Part shown: piece by piece, positions 39,350 through 53,400 of the stretch
How the letters are laid out: each line of letters begins with the position of its first letter
Numbering within the stretch: the stretch's first letter is position 1
DNA from: Hypanus sabinus
Lineage: Eukaryota
Assembly (NCBI RefSeq): GCF_030144855.1
Contig: NC_082710.1
Coordinates: forward strand, 170,872,001-170,936,000
Direction: 5' to 3'
Length of the DNA stretch: 64,000 nucleotides
The notes under the pieces: model-generated
Database searches by the model: none
The model's input: the letters and a program-made list of their open reading frames with translations, nothing else
What the model was told of the DNA's origin: nothing
Translations under genes and position numbers: made by a program

Positions 39350-40752
39350 GATCTAAGTTAATTAGAAATATAAAACACAAAATAATTAATTAGATAAGTA
39401 TTCACCCCCTTAATACAATACACCAAATCATCACAGGTGCAGCCAGTTGGTTTTGGAAGTCACATAATTAGTTAAATGGAGATCTGATTCTGAAGACCTG
39501 TGTGCAGTCAAGGTGTTTCATCGATTGCAGTAACAATACACCTGGATCTGGAAGGTCCAACTGCTGGTGAGTCAGTATCCTGGCAAAAACTACACCATGA
39601 AGACAAACGAACACTCCAAGCAACTCTTTGAAAAAAAAGTTATTGAAAAGCTCAAGTCCAGAGATAGATACAAGAAAAATTCCCTGAATATCACTTGGAA
39701 TACAGTTAAGTCAATCATCAAGAAATGGAAGGACTATCGCATAGCTGTAAATCTACCTAGTCAGGCTGTTCTCAAAAACTGAATGACCATGCAAGATGGG
39801 GACTAGTGAGGAGGGCCACCAAGAGACCTATGACAACTCTGGAGGAGTTACAAGTTTCAGTGGCTGAGGTGGGAGAGACTACACATACAACAACTGTTGC
39901 CCGGGTGCTGCACCCGTCTCAGATTTATGGGAGAGTGGCAAAGAGAAAGCCACTGTAGAAAAAAATCTCACATGAAATCTCAACTCTAGAGTTTGCCAGA
40001 AGGCATGTGGGAGACTCTGAAGTCAGCTGAAAGAAGCTTCTAAGTTCTGATGAAACCAAAATTGAGCTTTTGGCCATCAAACTAAACACTATGTTTGCCA
40101 CAAGCCAAATGCCACACATTATCAAAAACTCACCATTCCTACCATGAAGCATGGTGGAGGCTGCATCATGCTGTGGGGATGCTTCACTGCAGCAGGCCCT
40201 GGAAGGCTTTTGGAGGTAGAGGGTAAAATGAATGCAGCAAAATACAGGGAAATCCTGGAGGAAAACCTAATGCAGTCCACAAGAGAACTACAATTTGGGA
40301 GAAGATTTGTTTTCCAGCAAAGCAATGACCCTAAGCATAAAGCCAAAGCTACTCATAAATGGTCTAAAAACAACCAAGTTAATGTCCTAGGGTGGCCAAG
40401 TCAGAGTCAAGACTTCAATCCAACTGAGAATATGTGGCTGGACTGGAAAAGGACTGTTCACTCACAATCCCATGCAATCTGTCAGAGCTTGAGTAGTTTT
40501 GTAAAGAAGAGAGGGGAAGATTTGTTGTGTTCAGATGTGCAAAGCTGATAGAGATCTACTCACACAGACTCAAGGCTGTAATTGCTGCTAAAGATGCATC
40601 TACTGAATACTGACTCAAAGGGGGTGAATACTTGTGCAATCAATTTCTTTGTGTTTTATATTTAAATTAAATCCATTGTGATTCAATGTTATAGAACAAT
40701 GAAAACATGAAAACTTCGGGGGGGGGGGGTTAATAGTTTTTATAGGCTCTGT
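39350..40752 (+). mobile_element. Tc1/mariner DNA transposon, decayed, IR/DR type, left end truncated
   Basis: Transposase fragments KHGGGCIMLWGCF, FQQSNDPKH, SQDFNPTEN; inverted aagtattcacccc / ggggtgaatactt at ~39397 and ~40620; right end ataggctctg|TA. Confidence 0.9.
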
Positions 40753-40779
40753 ATATATGTGCTGTATATGTATATACAT

Positions 40780-43130
40780 AACACTGAGAATGGAATCCTT
40801 GAAAGTGAGTCTGTAGGTTGGAGAATCAGTTCAGAGTAATGCTGATTGAAGTTATCTGCCAATTCAGGAGCCTGATGATTATAAATTAAAAACTGTTTCT
40901 GAACCTAGTTATGAGGAACCTGAGGCTCGTGTACATCCTGCCCAATGGTTGTAGTGAGAGGAGAGCTTGGCCCGGATGGTAGGGGTCTTTGATGACGGAT
41001 GGTAGGGGTCTTTGATGACGGATGCTGCTATTTTTGTGGCAGTGCTCCTTGTAGATGAGCTGAGAGGTGGGGAGAGCTTTGCCTGTGATGGACTGGGCTG
41101 TATCTGCCACTTTTGGCATCAATGTTTCCATACCAGGCCTTGATGTAACCCGTTAGAATATTCTCCAATGGGCTTCTATAGAAGCCTGACAAAGCTTTAG
41201 GTGTTATGTCAAATCTACGCAAACTTCTAAGAGGGTAGAGGTACTGTTGTGCCCTCTTTGTGATGGCACTTACATGCTGTAGCAGTGTACACTCCACCTC
41301 AGGCCATTGTCAGGCAGATACCAGAGGAACTAAGCACCATGGTCAGTCATCACAGAACAGCCTTCCTGATGCCTTCCCCATCGTTGTGGGGGATTTCAAC
41401 CAGGCCAGCTTGAAGAAGTCTCTGACCAACTACTACCAACATATCACCTGTGGAACCAGAGGAGCCATCACACTTCCCACTGTTCTACCACCATCAGGAA
41501 CGCCTATCATGCCATCCCACATCCTTTAGAAACTCTGATCACCTGGTGGACTTCCACTCTTGCTGTACTGGCCAGGAAAGCGTGGTCAAGGGAAGTGGAG
41601 GAGTGGTTACTGGACCACTTTGAATTGGTGGACTGGGTAACATTCATGGATTCATCTTCAGACCTGAATGAATATGCCACAGTTGTCACCGACTTCATCA
41701 AGACCTGTGCAGATGAGTGTGTGCCTTTGAGAACATACAGGGCATATTCCAGCCAAAAGCTGTGGATGAACCAGGAGCTTCACAGTCTGCTGAGGGCTGG
41801 ATCTGTGGCATTTCAGACCGGTCGTCCAGAAATATACAAGAAGTCCAGGTACTACCTACAGAAGGCTTTTTTAATAGCAAGAAAACAATTTCTATAGAAG
41901 TTAGAAACAGAATCAGCTGCATGGCAACTCTGGCAGGGATTGCAGATCATTACCGACAAGACAAAACCTAAAATTATGAATGGCCATGATGCTTCTCTCC
42001 GAGATGAGCTCAACACCTTTAATGAATGCTTTGAAAGGGAGAATAAAACTAGACCCATGTAAATCCCTGCAGCTTTTAGTGACCCTGTCATCTCTGTCTC
42101 GATATCAGTACATCTTTCATGAGGGTGAACCATCACAAGGCGTCAGGCCCTGGTAGAACCTTGTGCCAGCTTGTGCCAGCCAACTGGTAGGAGTATTCAA
42201 GGACATCCTCAATCTCTCAGTGCTGCAGTGGGACATTCCCATCTGTTTCAAAAGGGCAACATCATACGGGTGGCCAAGAAGAGCAGGGTCTGCTGCCTCA
42301 ATGATTATTGCCCTGTTGCACTCACATGTGATGAAATACTTTGAGAGGTTGGTCATGGCGAGAATCCACTCTGCCTGAGCAACCTGAAGCCACTGCAATT
42401 TGCCTGTCATCACAATGGGTCTACAGCAGATGCAATCTCACTGGCTCTCCACTCAGCCTTGGATCTCCTGGACTATAGCAGTACCTACATCAGGCTGCAG
42501 TTTATTGATTAAAGCTCAGCATTTAAAACCCTCAGTACAAAACAACTAGCTCCAAAACCTAACCCTCTGTACCTCCTTCTGCAACTGGATCCTTGATTTC
42601 TTCATTGGAAAACCACAGTCAGTGCGGATCGGAAATAACATCTCCTCCTCACTGACAATCAGCACCCCTCAAGGGTGTGTGCTTAGCCCAATGCTCCACT
42701 CTCTCTACACCCATGATTGTGTGGCTAGACACAGCTCAAACACCATCTATAAATTTGCCAATAATACACCGACTGTTTGTCAGAATTTCAGATGGTGATG
42801 AGGAGCATACAGAAGTGAGATAGATCAGCTAGTTCAATGGTGTTGTAACAACTTTTCACTCAACATTAGGAAGACCAAGGGATTGGTTGTGGATTTCAGG
42901 AAGGGGAAGTCAAGGATATACACACCAGTCATCACCAAGGGATGAGTAGTTTCGAGTCTCTGGCTGTCAACATCGCTGAACCTCTACTCTAAGCCCAATA
43001 TATTGATGCAATTACAAAGAAAGCATGACAGGAGCTATATTTTGTCAGGAGTTTGAGGAAACTCAGTATTTCACCAAAGACACTGGTAAATTTCTACATT
43101 CTGGCTGGTGGCATCACTATGGAGCAGTCA
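40780..43130 (+). mobile_element. Rex1/Babar-like LINE remnants (minus-strand 3' piece 40780-41290, plus-strand body 41290-43130)
   Basis: VGDFNQASLKKSL EN motif; cttctgcaactggatccttgatttc and QGCVLSP RT motifs. Confidence 0.7.
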
Positions 43131-43149
43131 CTGCGCAGGATCAGAAAAA

Positions 43150-44040
43150 ACTGCAGAAGGTTGGGGGTGTTGTGGTTAGTCTGGAGGGCTGTCAGAGGTT
43201 ACAACGGGACATTGATATGATGCAAAACTGGGCTGAGAAATGGCAGATGGAGTTCAACCCAAGTAAGTGTGAGGTGGTTCATTTTGGTAGGTCAAATGTG
43301 GTGACAGAATATAGTATTAATGGTAAGACTCTCAGCAGTGTGGAGGATCAAAGGGATCTTGGGGTCCAAGTCCATAGAACGCTCAAAGCAGCTGCGGAGG
43401 TTGACTCTGTGGTTAAGACGGTATATGTTATACTGGCCTTCATCAATGATGGAATTGAATTTAGGAGCCGAGAAGTAGTGGTGCAGCTCTATAGGACCCT
43501 GGTCAGACCCCACTTGTAGTACTGTGCTCAGTTCTGGTCATCTCACCACAGGAAGGACATGGAAGCCATAGAAAGGGTGCAGAGGAGATTTACAAGGAAG
43601 TTGCCTGGATTGGAGAGCATGCCTTATGAGAATAGGTTGAGTAAACCCGGCCTTTTCTCCTTGGAGTGACAGAGGATGAGAGGTGACCTGATAGAGGTGT
43701 ATAAGATGATGAGAGGCATTAATCGTGTGGATAGTCAGAGGCTTTTTCCCAGGGCTGAAATGGTTGCCACAAGAGGACACAGGTTTAAGGTGCTGGGGCG
43801 TAAGTACAGAGGAGATGTCAGGGGTAAGATTTTTACTTAGAGAGTGGTGAGTGCGTGGAATGGGCTGTCGGCAATGGTGGTGGGGGCGGATACGATAGGG
43901 TCTTTTAAGAGGCTTTTAGATAGGTACATGGAGCTTAGACAGGCTATAGGTAAGCCTAGTAATTTCTAGGATAGGGTCATGTTCAGCACAACTTTGTGGG
44001 CCGAAGGGCCTGTATTGTGCTGTAGATTTTCTATGTTTCT
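43150..44040 (+). mobile_element. CR1 3' fragment
   Basis: QNWAEKWQMEFNPSKCEVVHFGR; tttctatgtttcta tail. Confidence 0.85.
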
Positions 44041-45389
44041 AAGGCTACAAACTCAGGCAGCTCCATCAAGGGCACCAGCCTCCCCAGCATCAAGGACACC
44101 TTCAAAAGACAATGCCACCAATGGATGATAGAAAAGGGGAGGAGTATGCAGGAGGGAAGAGTTAGGTTGATCTTGGAGTAGGTTAATAGGTTGGCACAAC
44201 ATTTGGGAGGTAGGACCTGTTCTTCACTGTGCTGTGCAATGTTGTAAGTGTTGGAAGAGAGAATTAATTTGAAAGGGTTCCCACTGGTTGAAATGAATGT
44301 GATGATGGCACCTGCAAATGACGTTACCTCAGGCGACATCTTCCAGATAATCCACGAAACTGTTTCTTTCACTTCATAGAAACATAGAAAATAGGTACAG
44401 GAGTAGGCCATTTGTTACATCTTTTTATTTTAAATCTGTTTCTAGTATTGTTGGAGCCTAGGAACTACAATTTGAAGATCATTTGAGCAATCTGGCACCA
44501 TTTATCACGGTATTACGATATCTGTGAAGATTGCAGAGGCCTGAAAGCTTAGAGACCATTATCATTATGGCGATTATCACGATTATGGCAAGCCCATGAT
44601 CAATTCCAGTCTTGCCAATTATATAGTCGAGGAATGGAGACCTTGAACCTTAAACCTTTTTGTAAACCTTGAACCTTTTGAGAACAGCTTCTTCCGCTCT
44701 GCCAACAGACTTCTGAATATATAGTGAGCTATCTCACTATTCTTTTTCTTCGTTTGCCCTCTTCTTGCACGATTTATTTAATTTAATTATATACCTACAA
44801 ATCGATAACATTTCACAACAGACACAAGAGATACCAAATCTGACTCTAAATCTGATTCTGCTAGTACTTGTCCGGGCCGCTCCCTTCCTCATCTCACCCA
44901 CAACAGGAACCACCTCCTGGGCAACTGTCAACTTCAGGCTGAACAAGAGCAGTGTTAACCCCTGACTCCCCAGCATAAAATGGACAGACTTGGGGAAGGT
45001 GGGGCTCTGAGACGTTGCAGGTCTCCAAACTGACTTTCAACCATAAGTACAGGGGTTATTCCTGCTTCAGCCATCAGGATCGCATGTAATCTTTTACCAT
45101 AGTGCTACTCTCCTGCACTAACCCCATTTTCCTCAAACCCCTTAATGTCCAAAATCACCTGGAATATGGCTGTGCCTACCCTGTCCTCTTGGATCAGTAA
45201 TTCCGAAGATTCACCACCCTCTGAGTGAAAAGATTTCTTCTCAACTGAGTCCTAAGGCTAACTTTCCCAGGATGGCAATAGTTAATATGAGAGGGCATAA
45301 CTTTAAGGTGATTGGACGGACGTATGGGGTGAGTGGGTATCAGAGGCGGTTTTATTAAACATAGACTGCTAAGTACATAGAACATCCTA

Positions 45390-46620
45390 CCAGGGGTTGT
45401 GGTAGAGGCTGGTGCACTAGGGACATTTATGAGATACTTAGAAAGGACACTTTGACAAAATCCCTCATTGGGAGACTAATTCAGAAGATTAACATGCATG
45501 GGGTCCGTACTGAATTGGCTGCTTGGATTCAGAACTGGCTTGCACATAGGGCAGTCTGGAACCAGAGCTTACAGTGTCAATATATGGGGCTGGCATGGAA
45601 ACAGGCTATTCAGCCCATCATGTTCGTTTCAACCAGTGAAATTGAAGGGTCTCATTCAAGCTGGAGGTCTGTATGTAGCAGTGTTCTGCAGGAATCTATG
45701 CTGGGACCTCTACTGTTTGTGATGCACCTGGATGAAAATGTAGGTGGGTAGGTTAGTAAGTTTCCAGGTGATATGAAATTACTGGAGTTGTGGATAATGT
45801 AGAAGACTGGCAAAGAATAATATGGACCAGTTGCAGATATGGGCAGGGAAATCACAGAAGCAGCTCAAGTCAGATAAATGTGAGGTGCTGCACCTTGGCA
45901 GGGCAAATGCAAGGAGGCAATACATTGTTAAGGGGCAGATCTTTAACAATGTTGCGGAGCAAAGAGATCTTGGGATCCAAGTTTCAAGTCGATAAGGTGG
46001 TTAAGAAGGCTTATGGAATGCTTGCTTTTATGAGTCGAGGCACTGAGTTCAAAAGTCAGGAGGCTATGTTGCAACTTTATTGAACTCTGGTTAAGCCACA
46101 TCTGGGGTATTGCATGCAGTTCCGGTCGCACCATCATACGAAAGATGTTGAAGCTTTGGAGAGGGTGCTGAAGAGATTTCCCAGGGCATGGGCTATCACG
46201 AGAGGATGGATAAAGTTAGATTGATTTCCCTGGAGTGCTGGATGCTGAGGGGAGATCTGACAGAGGTTTATAAGATTACGATAGAGTAGGTTGAAATGTC
46301 TAATACCAGAGGGCATGATTGAAGGTGAAATGGGGTAGGCTTAAGGAGGGTGTGAGGGGTAAGTTTTTAACTCAGAGAGTGGTGGATGCCCGGACTGGTA
46401 TGATGATAGAGGCAAATACATTGGAGGCTTTTAAGAGATGCTTGGATAGGCACATGGGTGTAAGGAAGATGGAGGAATATGGATGTGGTGTAGATAGCAG
46501 TAGAAGTAGTCTACATGGTGTAGACTTGTGTCTGGATGTTTTAAAATTGCTTTTAAGCTGGTTTGGCACAACATCCTGTGCTGTACTGTTCCATGTTCGA
46601 TGCTCCTAAAGACAAATGGA
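45390..46620 (+). mobile_element. Old, heavily decayed CR1 3' fragment
   Basis: VDKVVKKAYGMLAF...EAMLQLY. Confidence 0.7.
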
Positions 46621-47149
46621 CAATAGAAAAGTGGAGGGATATACCAGAAGGAAGCGTAGATTGATCTTGGACTAGGTTAATGGGTCAACACAACACTGTG
46701 GGCCAAAGTGACTGTACTATGTTGTGCTGTGTGGTGTTTATATGTTGGAAGACGGGGTTAATACTAATGGGTGCCCACTGGTCAAAATGAATATGATGGG
46801 CTGAATGGCCTGTTCCCATGCTAGCCCCATACAGTGAGGTTGTGATTTCTGGTGCCGTGCATACTCCCCTATTAAGCCTGGCCTTCTGCTGTTTGTCCTG
46901 TTGTAAGTGCGGGTGGCTCAGTGATAAAGCTGCTGAATCACAGCTCCCAGGACCTGGGTTCAGTCCTGATATCCGGTGCTGTCCCTGGGGAATTCACACA
47001 AGTTTCCCCCTCCCACATCCCATAAACTTTCAGGTTAGTTCAAAGTCTAAAGCAAATTTACTATTAAAGTGTGTATATGTCAGCATATTCATTGCCTTGC
47101 AGGCATTCACAATAAACACAAAGAAACGGGATAGAATCAGTGAGAGAGA

Positions 47150-48000
47150 AGGGGGACAGAGAGAATTTACCAAAGGTCAGAGAAATTGATGTTCATACCA
47201 ATGGGTTGGCAGCTACCCAGATGAAATATCAGGAACTGTCCAACACCTGCCAGCTTGTAATCCTTCCCAACCCCCACCTTCCTATTCTGGCAGAACTGCC
47301 CCTCGCCCTCAACAATTTTTCCTTCGGCTCCTCCCACTTCTTCTAGATTTGAGGGGTAGACTTGGACACCCACATGTGCCCCAGCTATGCCTGCCTCTTC
47401 GTTGGCTACATAGAACAGTCCATGTCCCAAGCATTCCCAGGTAACGCTCCCCAGCTCTTCCTCAACTACACTTGACGATTGCAATGGCACTGCTTCATGC
47501 ACCCATGCTGAGCTCGTCAACTTTGTCTCTGGCTTGCACCCTGCCCTTAAATTCATGTGGTCCATTTCTGACACCTCTCTCCACCTTCTCGATCTCCCTG
47601 TCTCCATCTCAGGAGACAAACTGTCAAATGGCATTTTTATAAGCCTACCAATTTGCACGGTTATCTTGACTAGATCTCTTCCCACGCAGTCTCCTGTAAA
47701 AATGCTATTCCCTTTCCTCAGTTCCTTCATCTGCACCGCTTCTGATCCCAGGATGTTGCTGCCCTCAGCCTCATCTCCTCCATTTCCCAAACAAACACAG
47801 TCATCCCGTCTTCCCACTGATGATAACAGTGATGGAGTTCCTCTTGTCCTTACCTACCAACCCATGAGCCTTTGCATCCTCCCCAACTTCTGGCAACTCC
47901 TGATGGGTCCTACCACCAAACATATCTCTACCTCCCCTCTCTCTGCATCCTCCAGGGATCACTCCCTCCACAACTCCCTTGACATTTCATCCCTCCCCAC
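47150..48000 (+). mobile_element. Penelope-like RT fragment; continues at ~49365-49480 and ~55850-56310
   Basis: GTHMCPSYACLFVGYIEQ Penelope RT motif at ~47350-47420. Confidence 0.75.
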
Positions 48001-48002
48001 TA

Positions 48003-49362
48003 ATAGACAATAGACAACAGGTGCAAAAGTAGACCATTCGGGCCTTCGAGCCTGCACCGCCATTCTGAGATCATGGCTGATCATCTACTACCAATACCCG
48101 GATCCTGCCTTGTCCCCATATCCCTTGATTCCCCTATCCATAAGATACCTATCTAGCTCCTTCTTGAAAGCATCCAGAGAATTGGCCTCCACTGCCTTCT
48201 GAGGCAGTGCATTCCAGACCCCCACAACTCTCTGGGAGAAGAAGTTTTTCTTTAACTCTGTCCTAAATGACCTACCCCTTATTCTTAAACCATGCCCTCC
48301 GGTACTGGATTCTCCCAGCATCTGGAACATATTTCCTGCCTCTATCTTGTCCAATCCCTTAATAATCTTATATGTTGCAATCATATCCCCTCTCAATCTC
48401 CTTAATTCCATCATGTACAAGCCCAGTCTCTCTAACCTCTCTGCGTAAGACAGTCCGGACATCCCAGGAATTAACCTAGTGAATCTACCCTGCACTTTCT
48501 CTACAGCCAGGATGTCCTTCCTTAACCCTGGAGACCAAAACTGTACATAATACTCCAGGTGTGGTCTCACCAGGGCTCTGTACAAATGCAAGAGGATTTC
48601 CTTGCTCTTGTACTCAATTCCCTTTGTAATAAAGGCCAACATTCCATTAGCCTTCTTCACTGCCTGCCTCACTTGCTCATTCACCTTCAGTGACTGATGA
48701 ACAAGGACTCCGAGATCTCTTTGTATTTCTCCCTTACCTAACTCTACATTGTTCAGATAATAATCTGCCTTCCTGTTCTTACTCCCAAAGTGTAAGAACA
48801 TTTATACTTTAAGCCTCATCTGCCAAGTATCTGCCCACTCACTCAGCCTATCCAAGTCATCCTGAATTCTCCTAACATCCTCATCACATGTCACACTGCC
48901 ACCCAGCTTAGTATCATCAGCAAACTTGCTGATGTTATTCTCAATGCCTTCATCTAAATCGTTGACGTAAATCATAAACAGCTGTGGTCCCAATACCGAG
49001 CCCTGTGGCACCCCACTAGTCAGCACCTGCCATTCCGAGAAACACCCATTCACCGCTACCCTTTGCTTTCTATCTGCCAACCAGTTTTGTATCCATGTCA
49101 ATATCTTCCCCCCAATGCCATGAGCTCTGATTTTACCCACCAATCTCCTATGTGGGACCTTATCAAATGCCTTCTGAAAATCGAGGTACAGTACATCCAC
49201 TGGATCTCCCTTGTCTAACTTCCTGGTTACATCCTCAAAAAACTCCAATAGATTAGACAAGCATGATTTGCCCTTGGTAAATCCATGCTGGCTCGGCCCA
49301 ATCCTATCACTGCTATCTAGATATGCCACTATTTCATCTTTAATAATGGACTCTAGCATCTC
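48003..49362 (-). mobile_element. Young CR1 3' fragment nested in the Penelope-like element
   Basis: ORFs 48802-49359 and 48088-48801 with near-intact RT; (aatagac)n tail. Confidence 0.92.
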
Positions 49363-49569
49363 CCTTCCAGCACTTATTCCTGCAAGTGGTCAAAGTGCTA
49401 CACCTGCCCGTTCACCTCCATTCAGAGCCCCAAAGAGTCCTTACTCAAGCCACAAATAGGCTGAGGTTGTCTACTGTTTCTGGAGCTCCTAATGCTGCCT
49501 CCTCTAGATTGGTGAAAGCCGTGGTAAACTGGGGGACAGCTTCATTGAAGACTGTTGCTGCACCTGCCA

Positions 49570-50340
49570 AAATCTTTCTTTCTTTATCAATATTTTTACT
49601 GATTTAAAAAGGGCATATATACAAGCAAGAGGAGAATTATCTCAAATATATGTATCAATAACAATACACACAGAAGGTGAAATAAACATTATCAAAATCA
49701 TGCATAGTATTAATCTGATATAGAATGTATAATAGGGAAAAAGATAATTAATTCTCCTCTCATCAATTCATAAAAAGAAAAAAAAGACTTTTTGAATTTT
49801 TTTATATGAAAAAAACACTATTCTGGACAAATAAAGACAAAAAGGGGGGAAAAAGGACTGGGCAGTCTATCCTGAGAGTAAAACAAAAAAAAAGACTTTC
49901 TGATCAAATCCAAAACTTCGAAAAAATAACTGAAAGAGAGTCAGTACAAAAGTCAATAAATCAAATCTTATGACAATTTTGAATAAATGTCATCAGATTT
50001 CTTCAAATTTAAAGGATGAATCAAATGTCCGACTTCTTATTTTCTCTAAACTTAAACAGGACATGATGGAGGAAAGCCAATAAAAGGTGGTAGGTGGATT
50101 AGGATCCTTCCGTTTAAGCAAAATTGCTCTCCGAGCCAATAAAGTTGAAGAGGCTATCATCCGCTGAGCGGAAACATCCTGCTTCCCATGGAATAATCCC
50201 AAAAATTGCTGTAAGTAAATTTGGTTGTAGGTCCAGATCCAAGACTTTTGATAAAGTTTTAAAAACATCTTTCCAAAAATTGTCCACCTTTATGCAAGAC
50301 CAATGCCACTCACCAAAATCAGAACTTCTGGGTGGCCATT
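49570..50340 (-). mobile_element. L1-clade 3' fragment
   Basis: LLARRAILLK...WLSSIMSCLSLEKIR C-terminus; T-rich tail on the + strand. Confidence 0.75.
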
Positions 50341-50464
50341 CCGATACTCAAAGCAGCTGTGCAGGTTGACCCTGTGGTTAAGAAGAAGTACAGTGTATTG
50401 GCTGTCAGCAATCGTGGAAGTGAATTTAGGGCCAAGAGGTAATGTTGCAGCTACATAAGACCTC

Positions 50465-53400
50465 CGATTTTTTCAATCGAAGCAGGAGGCTGAGAGTGGA
50501 AGACTGAAGGCATCGCGGAGAGAAGGTCGTTTTTCTGTAACAGCTCGGGGAAAAGAGGCTAGACTGTGCAGGCGCGTGACGTAGTGCACCAAGGTTTAAA
50601 AGAAAGACCGCCATATAAAGCGGCCATCGTTGCAGTGGACTGAGTCAGAGTGGGATGGCTTTGGCACAAGGCTTCGGCGAGGGTATGTTTCAGTAAGTTT
50701 CTGTTTTTCTTCTTTTTTTTCCAGACTAGAGGATATGCCAGGCAGGATGTTGGACTGCTCCTCGTGCAGGATGTGGGAAGTCAGGGAGACCTCCGGTGTC
50801 CCCGACAACAATACCTGCAAGAAGTGCATCCAGCTGCAGCTCCTAACAGACCGCATTAGGGAACTGGAGCAGGAGCTGGATGACCTCCAGATCATTCGGG
50901 AGACTGAGCAGTTTATAGATAGTAGCTTCCAGGGGGTAGTTACACCTAAGAAACAGGACACAGGTAATTGGGTTACCGTCAAGCGAGGGAAGGGGAAAGG
51001 GCAGGTAGTGCAGGGTTCCCCTGTAGCCATTCCCCTCCAAAACAAGTATACCAATTTGGATACTGTTGGGGGGGTGGGGGGGGCTTATCTGGGACAAGCT
51101 GTGGCAGCCGGATCTCTGGCACTGAGTCTGGTTCTGCAGTGCAGAAGGGAGGGAGGAAGAAGAGGAGAGTGGTAGTGATAGGGGACTCCATAGTTAGTGG
51201 TACAGACAGGAGATTCTGTGGTCATCACAGAGACTCCCGGGTGCCAGGGTCAGGGATGTCTGTGAAGTGGGAGGGTGATCAGTCAAATGTCATGGTATAC
51301 ATTGGTACCAATGACATAGCTAGAAAGAGTCAGGAGGTCCTGAAGAGTGAGTACAGAGAGCTTGATAGGAAGTTGAAAAACAGGACCTCGAGGTGGTAAT
51401 CTCCGGATTGTTGCCTGTGCCACGTGCCAATGAGGGTAAGAGTAGGATGCTCTGGCAGATGAACACGTGGCTGAGAAACTGGTGTAGGGGGCAGGGTTTC
51501 AGATTTCTAGATCATTGGGACCTCTTCTGGGGCAGGTGGGACCTGGACAAGAGAGACGGGTTACCTGAACGACAAGGGGACCAATATACTTGCAGGGAGG
51601 TTTGCTAGTGTTATTGGGGAGGGTTTACACTAGATTTGCAGGGGGATGGGAACCAGAGTGCCAGAGTAGATAGTGGAATGGGGCTAAAAATAAATGATGC
51701 TAGTAGTTCATGCAAAGTCACAAATAGTAAGCTTGTGTGTGGTGGTAATAATCTTCTGAGGTGTGTCTATTTCAAAGTGAGGAGTATTGTGGGAAAGGCA
51801 GATGAGCTGAGGGCCTGGATTGACACATGGAATTATGACATCATAGCCATTACTGAAACTTGGCTACAGGAGGGGCAGGACTGGCAGCTCAATGTTCCAG
51901 GGTTCCGATGTTTCAGACGTGATAGAGGCAGAGGGATGAAGGCTGGGGTGGGGGGAGGGGGGTGGATGGTGGCTTTGCTAGTCAGGGAAAATATTATAGC
52001 AGTGCTTCGGCAGGACAGATTAGAGGGCTTGTCTACTGTGGCCATATGGGTGGAGCTGAGAAACAGGAAAGGTATGACCACATTAATGGGGTTGTATTAT
52101 AGACCACCCAATAGTCAGTGAGAATTGAAGGAGCAAATCTGCAGAGAGATAACAGACAACTTCAGAAGACAGAAAGTTGTGATTGTAGGGCATTTTAATT
52201 TTCCACACATTGATTGGGACTCCCATACTGTTAGAGGTCTAGATGGGTTAGAGTTTGTAAAATGTGTTCAGGAAAGTTTTCTAAATCAATATATAGATGT
52301 ACCAACTAGGGAGGATGCAATATTAGATCTCCTATTTGGAAATGAGTTAGGGCAGGTGACGGAAGTGTATGTAGGGGAACACTTTGGTTCCAGTCATCAT
52401 AACGTCATTAGTTTCAACTTGATCATGGATGAAGATAGATCTTGTCCTTGGATTGAATTTCTAAACTGGATAAAGGCCAAATTTGAAGAAATGAGAAAGG
52501 ATCCAAAAAGTGTAGATTGGGACAGGTTGTTCTCTTGTAAGGATGTGATTTGCAAGTGGGAGGCCTTCAAAGGAGAAATTTTGAGAGTGCAGAGATTGTA
52601 TGTTCCTGTCAGGGTTAAAGGCAAAATGAGTAAGAATAAGGAACCTTGGTTCTTGAGGGATATTAGAACTCTGATAAAGAAGAAGAGAGAGATGTATAAC
52701 ATGTATAGGCAACAGGGAGGAAATAAGATGCTTGAGGAGTATAAAACGAGTAAGAAAATACTTAAGAAAGAAATCAGAAGGGCTAAAAGAAGACATGACG
52801 TTCCTTTGGCAGTCAGGGTGAAGGATAATCCTAAGAGCTTCTACAGGTATGTTAAGAGCAAAAGGATAGTAAGGGATAAAATTGGTCCTCTTGAAGATCA
52901 GAGTAGTCGGTTATGGAACCAAAAAAAATGGAAGTGATATTAAATGGGTTTTTTGCATCTGTATTTACTAAGGAAACTGGAGTGGAAACAAGGCAAACAA
53001 GTAGGGAGGTCATGGAACTTACACAGATTAAAGAGGAGGAGGTGTTTGCTGTCTTGAGGCAAATCAGAGTAGATAAATCCCCAGGACCTGACAGGGTATT
53101 CCCTCGGACCTTGAAGGAGACAGTGTTGAAATTGCAGGGGCCCTGGCAGAAATATTTAAAATGTTGATATCCACAGGTCAGGTACCGGAGGATTGGAGGA
53201 TAGCTCATGTAGTTCCATTGTTTAAAAAAGGCTCAAAAAGTAAGCTGGGAAATTATAGGCTGGTAAGTTTGACATCGGTAGTAGGTAAGTTATTGGAAGG
53301 AATACTAAGAGATAGGATCTACAAGTATTTGGATAGACAGGGACTTATTAGAAAAAGTCAGTGTGGCTTTGTGCGTGCTAGGTCATGTTTAACCAATCTG

